Below, piece by piece: positions 13,323 to 25,533 of a stretch of 64,000 bases of DNA. A program made the position numbers and the translations under genes. How positions within the stretch are numbered: the first letter of the stretch is position 1; each line of letters begins with the position of its first letter. Source of the stretch: Monocercomonoides exilis PA203 (taxonomy: Eukaryota; Protista; Preaxostyla); contig LSRY02000055.1 of the NCBI GenBank assembly GCA_001643675.2, forward strand, positions 186,001 through 250,000, read 5' to 3'. The notes under the pieces were generated by a model, which was given only the letters and a program-made list of their open reading frames with translations, ran no database searches and was not told where the DNA came from.

Positions 13323-14939
13323 TGCTGTATCATCGATTTTTCCACACTCTCTCTCCCTTTTCATTTTATAACATATGTCCAGGATGCCTTCAATAAGAAA
13401 GAAAAATTTCAAAAAAATTCATAAAAAAATATCTTCTTCTCGTTTCCTCGATATTTCATCCGGCTCATTTCCCATGACTCCCCTCCAATTCTCATCTCCG
13501 GATTTCTTTTAATGCATCCAATGTCCCCTCAAACCACATCCCATGTTCATTCATTGTCATTGATCAATCCTGCAAAAAAACCTAAATGAATTAAAAATAA
13601 AAATATATGAAGAAAAATATAAATAATTTTAAAAAAAATGCAAACCTATATCTTTCACAATGACCGCCTTTCGCTGACTTTTTTCTTTCTTTCTTCTTCT
13701 TCTATTTAAAATATTAACAAAAGCTCAATCCTCAATTCTGCTTCTGCTCAAACAACTTCGTAAACTCCATTCTATAAAAAACTGGTAAAGAAGAAGATTC
13801 CATCTGAAGAATCCTTCCCATCTCTTTTCGCTGTGTTTCCTTCTTCTCCATCTCCAATATTCGATTTCCTATCGCATGTGTCTCTGTCCTTCGTCATCTC
13901 CCACTGTTCTGATCCCATTTCTTGCAACATCCCCAAATGACCCGATCATAAAAAAACAAATATCTCCAATATTTTGCCTCTCTTTGGTGCAAGACACCCT
14001 CTCGTGGTCAGCCCCTCATCTTCCTCTATCTCCACACCTCCAACGCAAAGCGCCAGCGCTGATGTTCCTTCTTCCCGTCTTCCTCCGCCTCCGCCTTCAT
14101 CCCTTGCCCCGCAAATGAGAGGCGCGGCCAAACTGTCCTTTCAATAAAAAATTTTAAATTTTAAAAAAATATCTCTCACTTTTTTTTCCCCCTTCAACCC
14201 CGCTTCCCTCTCTAATTATACACGCCTCCACAAAAACTCTCCCACTTGCTCCACCTCGTTCGTCTCCTCCCTCTCTCTGCATTTGAAATAAAAGCATCTT
14301 CCCCCCATATCTCTCCATTTCCTGTCCTCCCCTCCAGTGAATATATTCCATTCACCCCACTCATCTTCTGCCCTTCTTGTTTTCCCTCTTATCCCACCTC
14401 CTCCACAACAAATTCCTTTTCTCAAATAATAAACACGGCCTCAACACCTTCCCAATGATAAAAATCGAAAAAAAAAACCCTTAAAATCTCATCCCAATCC
14501 ATCTCCCAAACATCCATTTTGTCTCTTAAATCTCACTAAAACACCTCTTTTCCACAAAAAATAACATTTTATCGCTCCTTTCCCCCTCCAAAACCCTGCC
14601 TCCTCCAAAAACTCAACTCCATCGCCCCATTCCATAAATCCATCCCTTTGTTATCGCATTGTCTTCATATTCCCATTCAGCAACGACACATCGAGTTGTG
14701 CCCCTTTTCTTTTGTGGCTCTAATTCGTTATGGAACATGATCAAGAAATGTCAAATGCTCAGAAACTGACAACAGAGTGAGATTCCGAAGTTAAAACAAA
14801 GACAGGTTGACTAAGTGAAATATTTCCAGTGAAAGGGTTGGGTATTACAAAAGAATATCTGCTTGATGGAAGATGAAATTGTTCATATTGATTGATGGAT
14901 GGCTGTGGAGCAACAATATTTTCGATGGAAATGAAGAAT

Positions 14940-15010
14940 TTTCAATGTATGTATTTTATATTGTTCTATTGATTGTGAAGATATTTCCATCCGTAACCTC
15001 TCCAAAGTCG
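14940..15010 (+). repeat. Dispersed repeat family R, short conserved core
   Basis: aatgtatgtattttatattgttctattgattgtgaagatatttccatccgtaacctctccaaagt closely matches 49648-49712 and the reverse complement of 27028-27092. Confidence 0.8.
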
Positions 15011-15660
15011 TGATTCAGATGATTTATAAAAAATGGACAATTTATTCCATGCAGAGGAGAACAGCGAGGAAGCAAGCCAAACATTATCTTACAAATATAT
15101 CATTGGAGCCTGAATATATTTTGTTACAAATATTTATGCAACTTTATTTGGACTATACAAGCGCGATGGATTGAAATACGATGAAAAACGAATTTTAATG
15201 GAGCAGAAATCAACGGGGTTGGAAGATGTCCAAGACCAAAAAGGAAGAATGATCAATCTCTATGTAAAGGGAACATATTTTGAAGATGGTGGGGTGTTTA
15301 CAAAAATATTTTGTTGGAGATATTGAGCAGATGACTGAAACAGGAGATTGGAGGCAGTTGGAACAGAACAAGGCGCCTTTCTTGGAATGAGAAGGACAAG
15401 ACATTGCTTTTATGGACCTGGGGGAGCGATGAAACTGGATTTGATTGCTTGGCTTGAGAACAGAAAATACGAGAAAAACAGGCAGTTTGGCGTTATACAA
15501 GCAGCTGAGGAAAATTACAGGCAAAATGGATTTGAGTCATTTAACCTTTGTCATCAGCCTTCTATCATTGAAACGTTATTCACAAGAGCAGAGAACGAGG
15601 CAGTGATGCTGAGAATATCTTCTGACGGAAGATATACAGTATTCAAACTTGAAAATAACA

Positions 15661-15841
15661 TCGCCTTCTTAACCTTCTTCGCCTTCTTCGTCTACTTCGT
15701 CTTCTTCGTCTTCTTCGTCTTCTTCGTCTTCTTCGCCTTCTTCGCCTTCTTCGCCTTTTTCACCTTCTTCACCTTTTTCACCTTCTTCACCTTATTCCTC
15801 TTTTTCCTCTTCTTCGTCTACTTCGTCTACTTCGTCTTCTT

Positions 15842-15881
<40 letters not shown>

Positions 15882-15882
15882 A
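15661..15882. repeat. 9-nt tandem repeat (TTCTTCGYC/TTCTTCACC)n
   Basis: Directly visible period-9 array. Confidence 0.85.
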
Positions 15883-16555
15883 TTATCTACTCTTCTCAAT
15901 TTTATCAGTTTCATTTTTTTCCTTCGATTTGCCCTTCTTGGCCATCATCGTCTCATTATTCTTCTCAACTTCTTCCTCTTCTCAGTCGTCCTCGCCTATT
16001 TTTGAAAGCGCAAGTTGAAGGAGCTATTCAGCTGGAAGCAGAACAGGAGAATGGAAATGGGATGAATTTTTGGAGGAGCAGAAGAGAAGCAAAGATGTTG
16101 AATGAATGATGGAAGATGGAGATGGAGGAAATGGATGCGTTTGCAGAAAGGAAAAATGATCTGGAGAAGGAGAAAGAAGAAGAACAGAAGCAATGAAGAA
16201 TAGAGATTATTAAAGGCATGAATATATGTTTTATTTTATATAAAAGAAATAACTTATTATTAAAATATTGTAATACATATATATATATATTGAAATTAGG
16301 ATCTTTTTGGAAGAATATCTTCGTTGGATAAAAGCGCAAGGGATGAGGAAAGATGGATTTTGAGGCGATTCCGGGAAAGATGGCAGAAGGAGGGAAATGG
16401 AATGGGAATGGATGAGTGAGCAAAGGGAAATATAAGAAATGGATGGAAAAGAAGGGATTTGCGAAATGGAAAAGGTATTTTTTTAAAGGGGGAGGGGAAG
16501 CGATAAAAGAACAATAAGAATATTGATTTGGCGAGGTTGACACAAATTTGACGTG

Positions 16556-18517
16556 ATGTTGAGTTTGTTGTTTATTGTGGGAATCGCGTCATGTGTTGAA
16601 GCAGTTAGTGGTGTGAGTGTGTTTAAAGGGAGTTTGGTGGTTAAAAATGCATCAGTTGAGTTAAATCAAATTTCATTGGAGAATGATGATAATTGTTGTT
16701 TGGTGTGTGGAAGGAAAGGGAGCGTGGTTGTGGTGAGGGGGTGTGTTGTGGGGATGGGGAAGGACGTTGAGGGAGGGGCATTTGATCTGAGTGGGAGCAT
16801 TGGGGTGTTGAGGAACATCACATTGAAAGGGTGGAGAAGAGGGGGAGAGATATACTCGGGAAGGCTGTTTGGAGGGAAGGGATATGGAAGGGAGAAGGGT
16901 GGAGGTGAAGAAAAAGCGAGTGAAGGAGGAGAAAGAGGAAGGGGAAGGGGAAGAGGAAGAGAAGGAGATGGAGAAGGCATTGAAGGGAGCATTTCGGTGA
17001 GTGAATCACGATTCTCTTCTTTTTGCGTCTCATCAGCCCCGTTCCTTTCTTCACCTTCAATACCCCTAATATCCCTCTCTCACCTGACATTTTTCAACAT
17101 CTCAACAGCAAATGATGCATGTTCACCTTCAACAACAACGTCAACCCAAACATCAAGTTTGATGAACAGTTGCTCATTCTCATCGGTCTGCGATGCATAT
17201 GATGGAGGGATTGTTCATTCCCTCAACAACCCCTTGGCCTCTTTAACTGCCTCAAACACATCATTCATTGGGTGTTGTCGGACAAGAAATGTTGAATGCA
17301 TTGGAACTGCAGATAGAAAATTGACTCCGGGGAGACAAAATGAAACATTCAATGGAGCTAATTCATTCATTTGGTGCGAATGGGATGGATCGAAGGCAAC
17401 AGGAAAAGGCGAGGTATATTCCGATGGCGCTTCGAACGGTGGTGCGATATTCATGTATGGCCAATCGTCCGCAACTGTTTCAGTTTCTCATTGTGCATTC
17501 AATGAATGTGTCGCGTATTGGTGTGGCGGAGGTATTAGTTGCTATAATATTAAATCGGTTGAGATTGTGAACAACACCTTCGATTCGTGTACTGCACAAA
17601 ATTATTTAGGAGGAGGAGTGTTCGTTTATACGATTTCAACATGTGTTCGGATCAGCGGATGTGAATTCCAGAAATGCAAAGCCGTTTATGATGGAGGAGG
17701 ACTTTTTCTTGAAAATTTTCAGGTTTCGGGAACAGATTGCATTCCGACAGAAAATGGAGAAGGGGAGAGTGCGTGTGTGTTTGACTGCTGTTTCACTTCA
17801 TGTTCACTTACAAGCACTGGAGGTGGAGGCATGTATTGTAGAACTGTTCCTGTCACATTCAAAATGAGGAGCATTCAGTTTATCTCATGTTCAGCATCTG
17901 CATATGGAGGAGGATTTTGGATTAATCCGAATAGAGAAAATGCGCCAAATGACACATTTTATTGTTATTTTCTATTTTTTCACGAATGCAGATGTAGAAC
18001 AACATCCACACCATATGGTCATGATGTGATGTATTATGATCAAAATAATCTCTATTTATCCCAAAATAATCCGTTCAAGGAATGTTACACCACAAACACA
18101 GATGGCCAGAGAGTATGTTATGGATACAACTACTCGAATGCAAATGCTTGGACATTTCAGCACACAGAAAAGAAGGAATGGCTAAAGGATAAGACGATCT
18201 ATGTTTCTGCGAATGGGAGTGATGGATATGAGCTATGCGGGTCAAATGAATCAAATCCGTGTCTGACGATGAAGAAGGCATTTCAAATGTGTGAGATACA
18301 GATAAGCTTGTCAGTCACGCTGATGGAAGGGAATCACACAAGCGAGGCAACAACAATTGATATTGAAGCAAAGAAGATTTCGGTCATTGGGAAAGGGAGG
18401 GTGGAGAGTTCGATTGGAACAGGAGCCCTTTCATCATCAGCAGCAGCTGGAGCGCTATTCAGTGTTTCGACAGGTTATCTGGGGATGAGTCACTTGAAGA
18501 TTGATTGCAGCTCGTAA
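16556..18517 (+). CDS. Beta-helix cassette B: Cys-rich Pmp-like protein with signal peptide (653 aa), the only copy with an intact N-terminus
   Basis: ATG at 16556 gives MLSLLFIVGIASCVEA (hydrophobic leader), then a G/R/E-rich linker and GGAIF/GGG + CxFxxC repeats. The stop at HLKIDCSS* is followed by degenerate sequence. No TM segment. Confidence 0.75.
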   Translation: MLSLLFIVGIASCVEAVSGVSVFKGSLVVKNASVELNQISLENDDNCCLVCGRKGSVVVVRGCVVGMGKDVEGGAFDLSGSIGVLRNITLKGWRRGGEIYSGRLFGGKGYGREKGGGEEKASEGGERGRGRGRGREGDGEGIEGSISVSESRFSSFCVSSAPFLSSPSIPLISLSHLTFFNISTANDACSPSTTTSTQTSSLMNSCSFSSVCDAYDGGIVHSLNNPLASLTASNTSFIGCCRTRNVECIGTADRKLTPGRQNETFNGANSFIWCEWDGSKATGKGEVYSDGASNGGAIFMYGQSSATVSVSHCAFNECVAYWCGGGISCYNIKSVEIVNNTFDSCTAQNYLGGGVFVYTISTCVRISGCEFQKCKAVYDGGGLFLENFQVSGTDCIPTENGEGESACVFDCCFTSCSLTSTGGGGMYCRTVPVTFKMRSIQFISCSASAYGGGFWINPNRENAPNDTFYCYFLFFHECRCRTTSTPYGHDVMYYDQNNLYLSQNNPFKECYTTNTDGQRVCYGYNYSNANAWTFQHTEKKEWLKDKTIYVSANGSDGYELCGSNESNPCLTMKKAFQMCEIQISLSVTLMEGNHTSEATTIDIEAKKISVIGKGRVESSIGTGALSSSAAAGALFSVSTGYLGMSHLKIDCSS

Positions 18518-21500
18518 ACAACTCCTCATTCATGAATGTTTAAGTGTTGTCAATGAGGTGTGCCTTTGAGATGTTTGAGAAAAAGAAGAATAAATTAATT
18601 TTTTCTTATTCGACACGATGCTCCCTTATGCAACAAGTTATGTTAACAGTCACAAGTATTGAGACATTTTCGGATATTTTTTTGTTTGTTAGTTTGTTTT
18701 GAGGAATTATAAACTTCGGTTAATCAATTTTTGTTTGAGAAATCAATGAAAATATGAACACAAAGTTAATTTGATAACAATGTGAAGGCATTATTTTTTG
18801 TTTTTTTATTGAATCCATTCAGAAAAGAGGGGAAATATCTATTTGATGCCAAAAAATAGAAAACAAATTGTTGAAAAGATGAGTTATTATTTCTGAATGA
18901 GAAAAAAATTTTTTTATCTTTTATATTTTTTTATTGGAATAATAGAACATTTACGAATTGTAATTGGAAATAAAAATGCATTTCAATGACAAGTTATATC
19001 ATATTTAATTGAACAATTTTATTTTTTGTTTTTTGCTGTTTTTGTCAAAGAACTTGGAAAAGAATATTTTTTTGAATTGATAAGAAGTTTGAAATCTGTT
19101 CGGCTTGTTCGAGATTATTTTATCAAAAAAATTTTTTTTTGAAAAAAAATTAATCATCCTTTTTTTTTCATATCATATTGATCATCAGATAGTGACATTT
19201 CTGAAATTCTTCCTTCATAATTTAAATACAATCATATTATTTGAATCGAGTTTGTGAATCTTCAAGAAAAACAAAAAACACTCAATATTATTTTTAATAA
19301 TAATTCAGTTGTTGATTAGTGAGATATTGATTTTGACAACTTTTGTTGAGTCAGATATTCATCAACACCCCCATCCCCATTTTTTTATAATTAAAATCCT
19401 TTATTATTTTTGTCAGTCTCATATAATCATCAAGATACATTCTTTGAAACATGAAATAAATGATCGACAAGTTCGGAAATGTTATTGTTATTGGGGAATG
19501 ATTTCTGTGAAGTTCTGGTTTTCATTTGTTGATGTCTCAAACAGATCTTGAGTTGTGTTGTAATGTTCTTGTGACAAAAGACTTGCTCGTATTTCCATTG
19601 ACATTTTTGAGACCAGTTATTTTTCCTGTGATGAGTGAATCCACCATTCACACATTTTTATTTCATTTCTCCAAACAGTTCATATCTTTCAAAAACACTT
19701 TTCCAATATTCATCGATCAATTCACCAATTGTTCTTCTGATCGTATTTTTTTTTTTTTGAAAAGTCGCAAACGTTTAATCTTCATGTTCTATTAATCATT
19801 CCATTCAAAGAATAACTTCTTTATTCAATCTGAAATATTTCTTGTTATTGTCATATATGTTCATAAATGAATTTTTTATATTGAAAAATCTCAAACATTT
19901 AATTTTCTGGTCAATCGAATACTGCACTGTTTTATCAGATTTCGTGACAAACGCGTAAAATTTGGTTATTGATACAACGAATTCAAAACAATGAAAATTG
20001 ATTTATTTATCTCGTCTAATTGAGATAAATAAGGTGATGTGAAAGCTGATAAAACAGTGCAGTATTCGATTGACCAGAAAATTAAATGTTTGAGATTTTT
20101 CAATATAAAAAATTCATTTATGAACATATATGACAATAACAAGAAATATTTCAGATTGAATAAAGAAGTTATTCTTTGAATGGAATGATTAATAGAACAT
20201 GAAGATTAAACGTTTGCGACTTTTCAAAAAAAAAAAAATACGATCAGAAGAACAATTGGTGAATTGATCGATGAATATTGGAAAAGTGTTTTTGAAAGAT
20301 ATGAACTGTTTGGAGAAATGAAATAAAAATGTGTGAATGGTGGATTCACTCATCACAGGAAAAATAACTGGTCTCAAAAATGTCAATGGAAATACGAGCA
20401 AGTCTTTTGTCACAAGAACATTACAACACAACTCAAGATCTGTTTGAGACATCAACAAATGAAAACCAGAACTTCACAGAAATCATTCCCCAATAACAAT
20501 AACATTTCCGAACTTGTCGATCATTTATTTCATGTTTCAAAGAATGTATCTTGATGATTATATGAGACTGACAAAAATAATAAAGGATTTTAATTATAAA
20601 AAAATGGGGATGGGGGTGTTGATGAATATCTGACTCAACAAAAGTTGTCAAAATCAATATCTCACTAATCAACAACTGAATTATTATTAAAAATAATATT
20701 GAGTGTTTTTTGTTTTTCTTGAAGATTCACAAACTCGATTCAAATAATATGATTGTATTTAAATTATGAAGGAAGAATTTCAGAAATGTCACTATCTGAT
20801 GATCAATATGATATGAAAAAAAAAGGATGATTAATTTTTTTTCAAAAAAAAATTTTTTTGATAAAATAATCTCGAACAAGCCGAACAGATTTCAAACTTC
20901 TTATCAATTCAAAAAAATATTCTTTTCCAAGTTCTTTGACAAAAACAGCAAAAAACAAAAAATAAAATTGTTCAATTAAATATGATATAACTTGTCATTG
21001 AAATGCATTTTTATTTCCAATTACAATTCGTAAATGTTCTATTATTCCAATAAAAAAATATAAAAGATAAAAAAATTTTTTTCTCATTCAGAAATAATAA
21101 CTCATCTTTTCAACAATTTGTTTTCTATTTTTTGGCATCAAATAGATATTTCCCCTCTTTTCTGAATGGATTCAATAAAAAACAAAAAATAATGCCTTCA
21201 CATTGTTATCAAATTAACTTTGTGTTCATATTTTCATTGATTTCTCAAACAAAAATTGATTAACCGAAGTTTATAATTCCTCAAAACAAACTAACAAACA
21301 AAAAAATATCCGAAAATGTCTCAATACTTGTGACTGTTAACATAACTTGTTGCATAAGGGAGCATCGTGTCGAATAAGAAAAAATTAATTTATTCTTCTT
21401 TTTCTCAAACATCTCAAAGGCACACCTCATTGACAACACTTAAACATTCATGAATGAGGAGTTGTTTACGAGCTGCAATCAATCTTCAAGTGACTCATCC

Positions 21501-23232
21501 CCAGATAACCTGTCGAAACACTGAATAGCGCTCCAGCTGCTGCTGATGATGAAAGGGCTCCTGTTCCAATCGAACTCTCCACCCTCCCTTTCCCAATGAC
21601 CGAAATCTTCTTTGCTTCAATATCAATTGTTGTTGCCTCGCTTGTGTGATTCCCTTCCATCAGCGTGACTGACAAGCTTATCTGTATCTCACACATTTGA
21701 AATGCCTTCTTCATCGTCAGACACGGATTTGATTCATTTGACCCGCATAGCTCATATCCATCACTCCCATTCGCAGAAACATAGATCGTCTTATCCTTTA
21801 GCCATTCCTTCTTTTCTGTGTGCTGAAATGTCCAAGCATTTGCATTCGAGTAGTTGTATCCATAACATACTCTCTGGCCATCTGTGTTTGTGGTGTAACA
21901 TTCCTTGAACGGATTATTTTGGGATAAATAGAGATTATTTTGATCATAATACATCACATCATGACCATATGGTGTGGATGTTGTTCTACATCTGCATTCG
22001 TGAAAAAATAGAAAATAACAATAAAATGTGTCATTTGGCGCATTTTCTCTATTCGGATTAATCCAAAATCCTCCTCCATATGCAGATGCTGAACATGAGA
22101 TAAACTGAATGCTCCTCATTTTGAATGTGACAGGAACAGTTCTACAATACATGCCTCCACCTCCAGTGCTTGTAAGTGAACATGAAGTGAAACAGCAGTC
22201 AAACACACACGCACTCTCCCCTTCTCCATTTTCTGTCGGAATGCAATCTGTTCCCGAAACCTGAAAATTTTCAAGAAAAAGTCCTCCTCCATCATAAACG
22301 GCTTTGCATTTCTGGAATTCACATCCGCTGATCCGAACACATGTTGAAATCGTATAAACGAACACTCCTCCTCCTAAATAATTTTGTGCAGTACACGAAT
22401 CGAAGGTGTTGTTCACAATCTCAACCGATTTAATATTATAGCAACTAATACCTCCGCCACACCAATACGCGACACATTCATTGAATGCACAATGAGAAAC
22501 TGAAACAGTTGCGGACGATTGGCCATACATGAATATCGCACCACCGTTCGAAGCGCCATCGGAATATACCTCGCCTTTTCCTGTTGCCTTCGATCCATCC
22601 CATTCGCACCAAATGAATGAATTAGCTCCATTGAATGTTTCATTTTGTCTCCCCGGAGTCAATTTTCTATCTGCAGTTCCAATGCATTCAACATTTCTTG
22701 TCCGACAACACCCAATGAATGATGTGTTTGAGGCAGTTAAAGAGGCCAAGGGGTTGTTGAGGGAATGAACAATCCCTCCATCATATGCATCGCAGACCGA
22801 TGAGAATGAGCAACTGTTCATCAAACTTGATGTTTGGGTTGACGTTGTTGTTGAAGGTGAACATGCATCATTTGCTGTTGAGATGTTGAAAAATGTCAGG
22901 TGAGAGAGGGATATTAGGGGTATTGAAGGTGAAGAAAGGAACGGGGCTGATGAGACGCAAAAAGAAGAGAATCGTGATTCACTCACCGAAATGCTCCCTT
23001 CAATGCCTTCTCCATCTCCTTCTCTTCCTCTTCCCCTTCCCCTTCCTCTTTCTCCTCCTTCACTCGCTTTTTCTTCACCTCCACCCTTCTCCCTTCCATA
23101 TCCCTTCCCTCCAAACAGCCTTCCCGAGTATATCTCTCCCCCTCTTCTCCACCCTTTCAATGTGATGTTCCTCAACACCCCAATGCTCCCACTCAGATCA
23201 AATGCCCCTCCCTCAACGTCCTTCCCCATCCC
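16751..23232. repeat. Giant palindrome P1: arms 16751-19938 and 20046-23232, 107-bp spacer
   Basis: Mirror ORF pairs have coordinate sums 39983/39984 and identical translations. The only difference I found is a 1-nt homopolymer indel near 18801/21180. Confidence 0.95.
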
Positions 23233-23268
23233 AACAACAAACTTTTCATCCTCTTCCCTTTTTCCCAC
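21466..23268 (-). pseudogene. Beta-helix cassette C (identical to B from GMGKDVEGG onward, no signal peptide)
   Basis: Mirror copy of B within P1. Upstream of 23232 the sequence switches to a flank homologous to that of cassette G. The ORF start is GTG and the first ATG is at 23229. Confidence 0.8.
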
Positions 23269-23655
23269 TCTTCTTCAAATACTCCTCAAAACATTCTCTC
23301 TTCAAATTCCTTTTTCCTCCATTTCCTCTCCTTTCATCATTTTCAATCAGCGTTCTTATAAAAATCATCTTCTTCTCAAATTCTTGTAAGACTCCTTCTT
23401 TGGTCATATCATCAATTTCTCTTCTCTCTCTTCTGTCTCATCATCCCCTTCTTTTCAATCCGCCTCATTAATCCTTCAAATATCCCCAATCATATTCATT
23501 TCACTTCTCACTTCTGTCATCGTTTCACACTCATCTCCAGATCTGTCTTTTCCCAACTCCATGTGCTGGCATGGGTGCTGAATGTTCCCTCAAAAATTCA
23601 AATCTCCCAAAACCAAATCATATAAATCAATAAATATTTCTCACATACACACCAA

Positions 23656-23828
23656 AAATATAAAATAAAATAAAAAAATAAAATAAAATAAAATAAAATA
23701 AAATAAAATAAAATAAAATAAAATAAAATAAAATAAAATAAAATAAAATAAAATAAAATAAAATAAAATAAAATAAAATAAAATAAAATAAAATAAAATA
23801 AAATAAAATAAAATAAAATAAAATAAAA
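23656..23828 (+). repeat. (AAAAT)n microsatellite, ~34 units
   Basis: Near-perfect pentamer array. Confidence 0.95.
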
Positions 23829-25472
23829 AGATTGCAATGGATCAAACGAGAAAACTCAAATCCTCTGTTCATAAATTCATCGGATGCAACGCTCATGCGT
23901 CTTTCTCTTCCTTCTCGCACTTTCCTCGCTCCTCACACGAAATTTCATTTTCTGTCTTTGGCTTCCTCTTCTTTCCCCACATCTCCACTCAACATTAACA
24001 ATTTTCTCAAAATCTTCTTTCCCATTTCTTCCTCTTTCCCTCAAAATGTTCTTCCTCCTCCTCCTCCTCTCTTCTTCTCTTCTTCTTTCATTTTCTTCCT
24101 CTGCCTGCAACACTAAACAGCAAGTGCCATCTGAATCTGATCATTCGACCTTCCCACAGCAAAAGACTGCTCCACTCTCCTGATGCTTCAGTTACCACAC
24201 TCGTCATGGCACTTTATCCAGATCGCTCCCCTCAGAAATATCGATCATTGCCAAAACGAGCACAGACATATTAATAACTTGCTTGTTGCAGCCAGGAATG
24301 GATTCTTCAGTTTGGATTCTTCAGAAAGAATAATTCGAACAAGAATGTGGATAACATTGGAAGGAAAGAAGTTTTCATTCAAATGCTTGCTTGGTGAAAC
24401 AAAGAAGAAGCAGACTGTGCTTTGCTTGGTAGATCACCAGGAAAAATCATTATCTTTGTCATCCCCCCTCTTCTTTTCTTTTCTTCTCTTCAATTCCCTC
24501 CCAAGTCGATTCCACCATGCAGCACATCCTCCATCGAAACAATGAAAAAGATTCTCACAAAAAAACATCACCTGCTTAAATATCAAATGGCCTCTTTCTT
24601 CCTCTTTTTCTTCTTTGCCAATCTTTGCTGCCGAACAAGAAATACCCACAATCAGAAACAAAAACAAGAATAAAGACCAGGAAGAGAAATGGATAGGGAG
24701 GAGATGCTCTTTCAATCAAGGAGCATTGGGATTCAGTTGTTATTCGCCAGAAGAGGTTTTCTTCCCGAAGGCACTCGCCATATTTGTTGGCTTCATCTGG
24801 AAAGCAATGGATGAAGAACAAGGAAACATGAGCGTAAAAAAGATGATCACAACAGAAAAGGCGAAAAAGTTGATATATGCGAAGAAGGCGAATAATAATA
24901 TATGCCAAAATAACAAAGGCATATGTGCCATTTGAAAGAGGAAGAACGCGATTTTCGAAGAGAGACATCTTCGAAAATCTGTCTCGGGTAGATCAAGAAT
25001 CAGGCAAAGGAGCCAAGTGCTTCAAGGTAGCCAATGCTTCTCTCTTGAAGTGCAGCTGCAAACAGCATCTGCCCACAGAACTCCCTATGCAAAAGCACGC
25101 TTCGAAAATGGAGAAGCAGAATATGCTGGAAGTTGTTTGAAGGTCGGCTCTCGGATTATCTGACAATCATGCATGAAAAGATCTGCGAACAGCTATGTAA
25201 GCGGTCGTGTGAAACAAGGAATACAGAGATGGCAAGCATGAGGGATGGATGATAAAGCAATTTTGGCGGCAGCATCCATTTTTGCCACATGAAGAGCACA
25301 ATACACAGCTGTCTCCAGAACATGCGTTGTTCAGAAGAATTCCCACAGTCTCTTTCAGAATAGAAAGCGTTCACAACTTGTGCAAACTGCAAACATCTCT
25401 CCTGAGACATGTATCCTCGTGTCGGACAATTTGCAAATGTTTCTTCATCCATTTCATCATAGTCATCCCAGT

Positions 25473-25533
25473 TCCTTCTTCCTTCTTCCTTCTTCCTTCT
25501 TCCTTCTTCCTTCTTCCTTCTTCCTTCTTCCTT
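25473..25533 (+). repeat. (TTCCTTC)n heptamer tandem repeat
   Basis: About 8-9 visible units. Confidence 0.85.

Noticed and set aside
19939-20045. Hairpin-telomere or viral concatemer junction at palindrome centres
   Set aside because: The spacers are 107 and 421 bp of non-self-complementary DNA, the two centres differ, and no resolvase, protelomerase or viral genes are recognisable.
19309-20675. Short mirrored ORFs in palindrome arms (also 43916-46179) and antisense ORFs inside cassettes
   Set aside because: Their duplication simply follows the palindrome. They have non-ATG starts or AT-rich composition and no recognisable motifs. A faint transposase-like look (YSIDQKIKCL) was too weak to call.
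16556-23268. Diversity-generating retroelement (template/variable repeat pair)
   Set aside because: There is no reverse transcriptase in the window. B and C are identical, and differences among the other copies are not adenine-specific.
23656-23828. CRISPR array or telomeric repeat
   Set aside because: It is a simple AAAAT microsatellite with no spacers, in an internal position and not G-rich.
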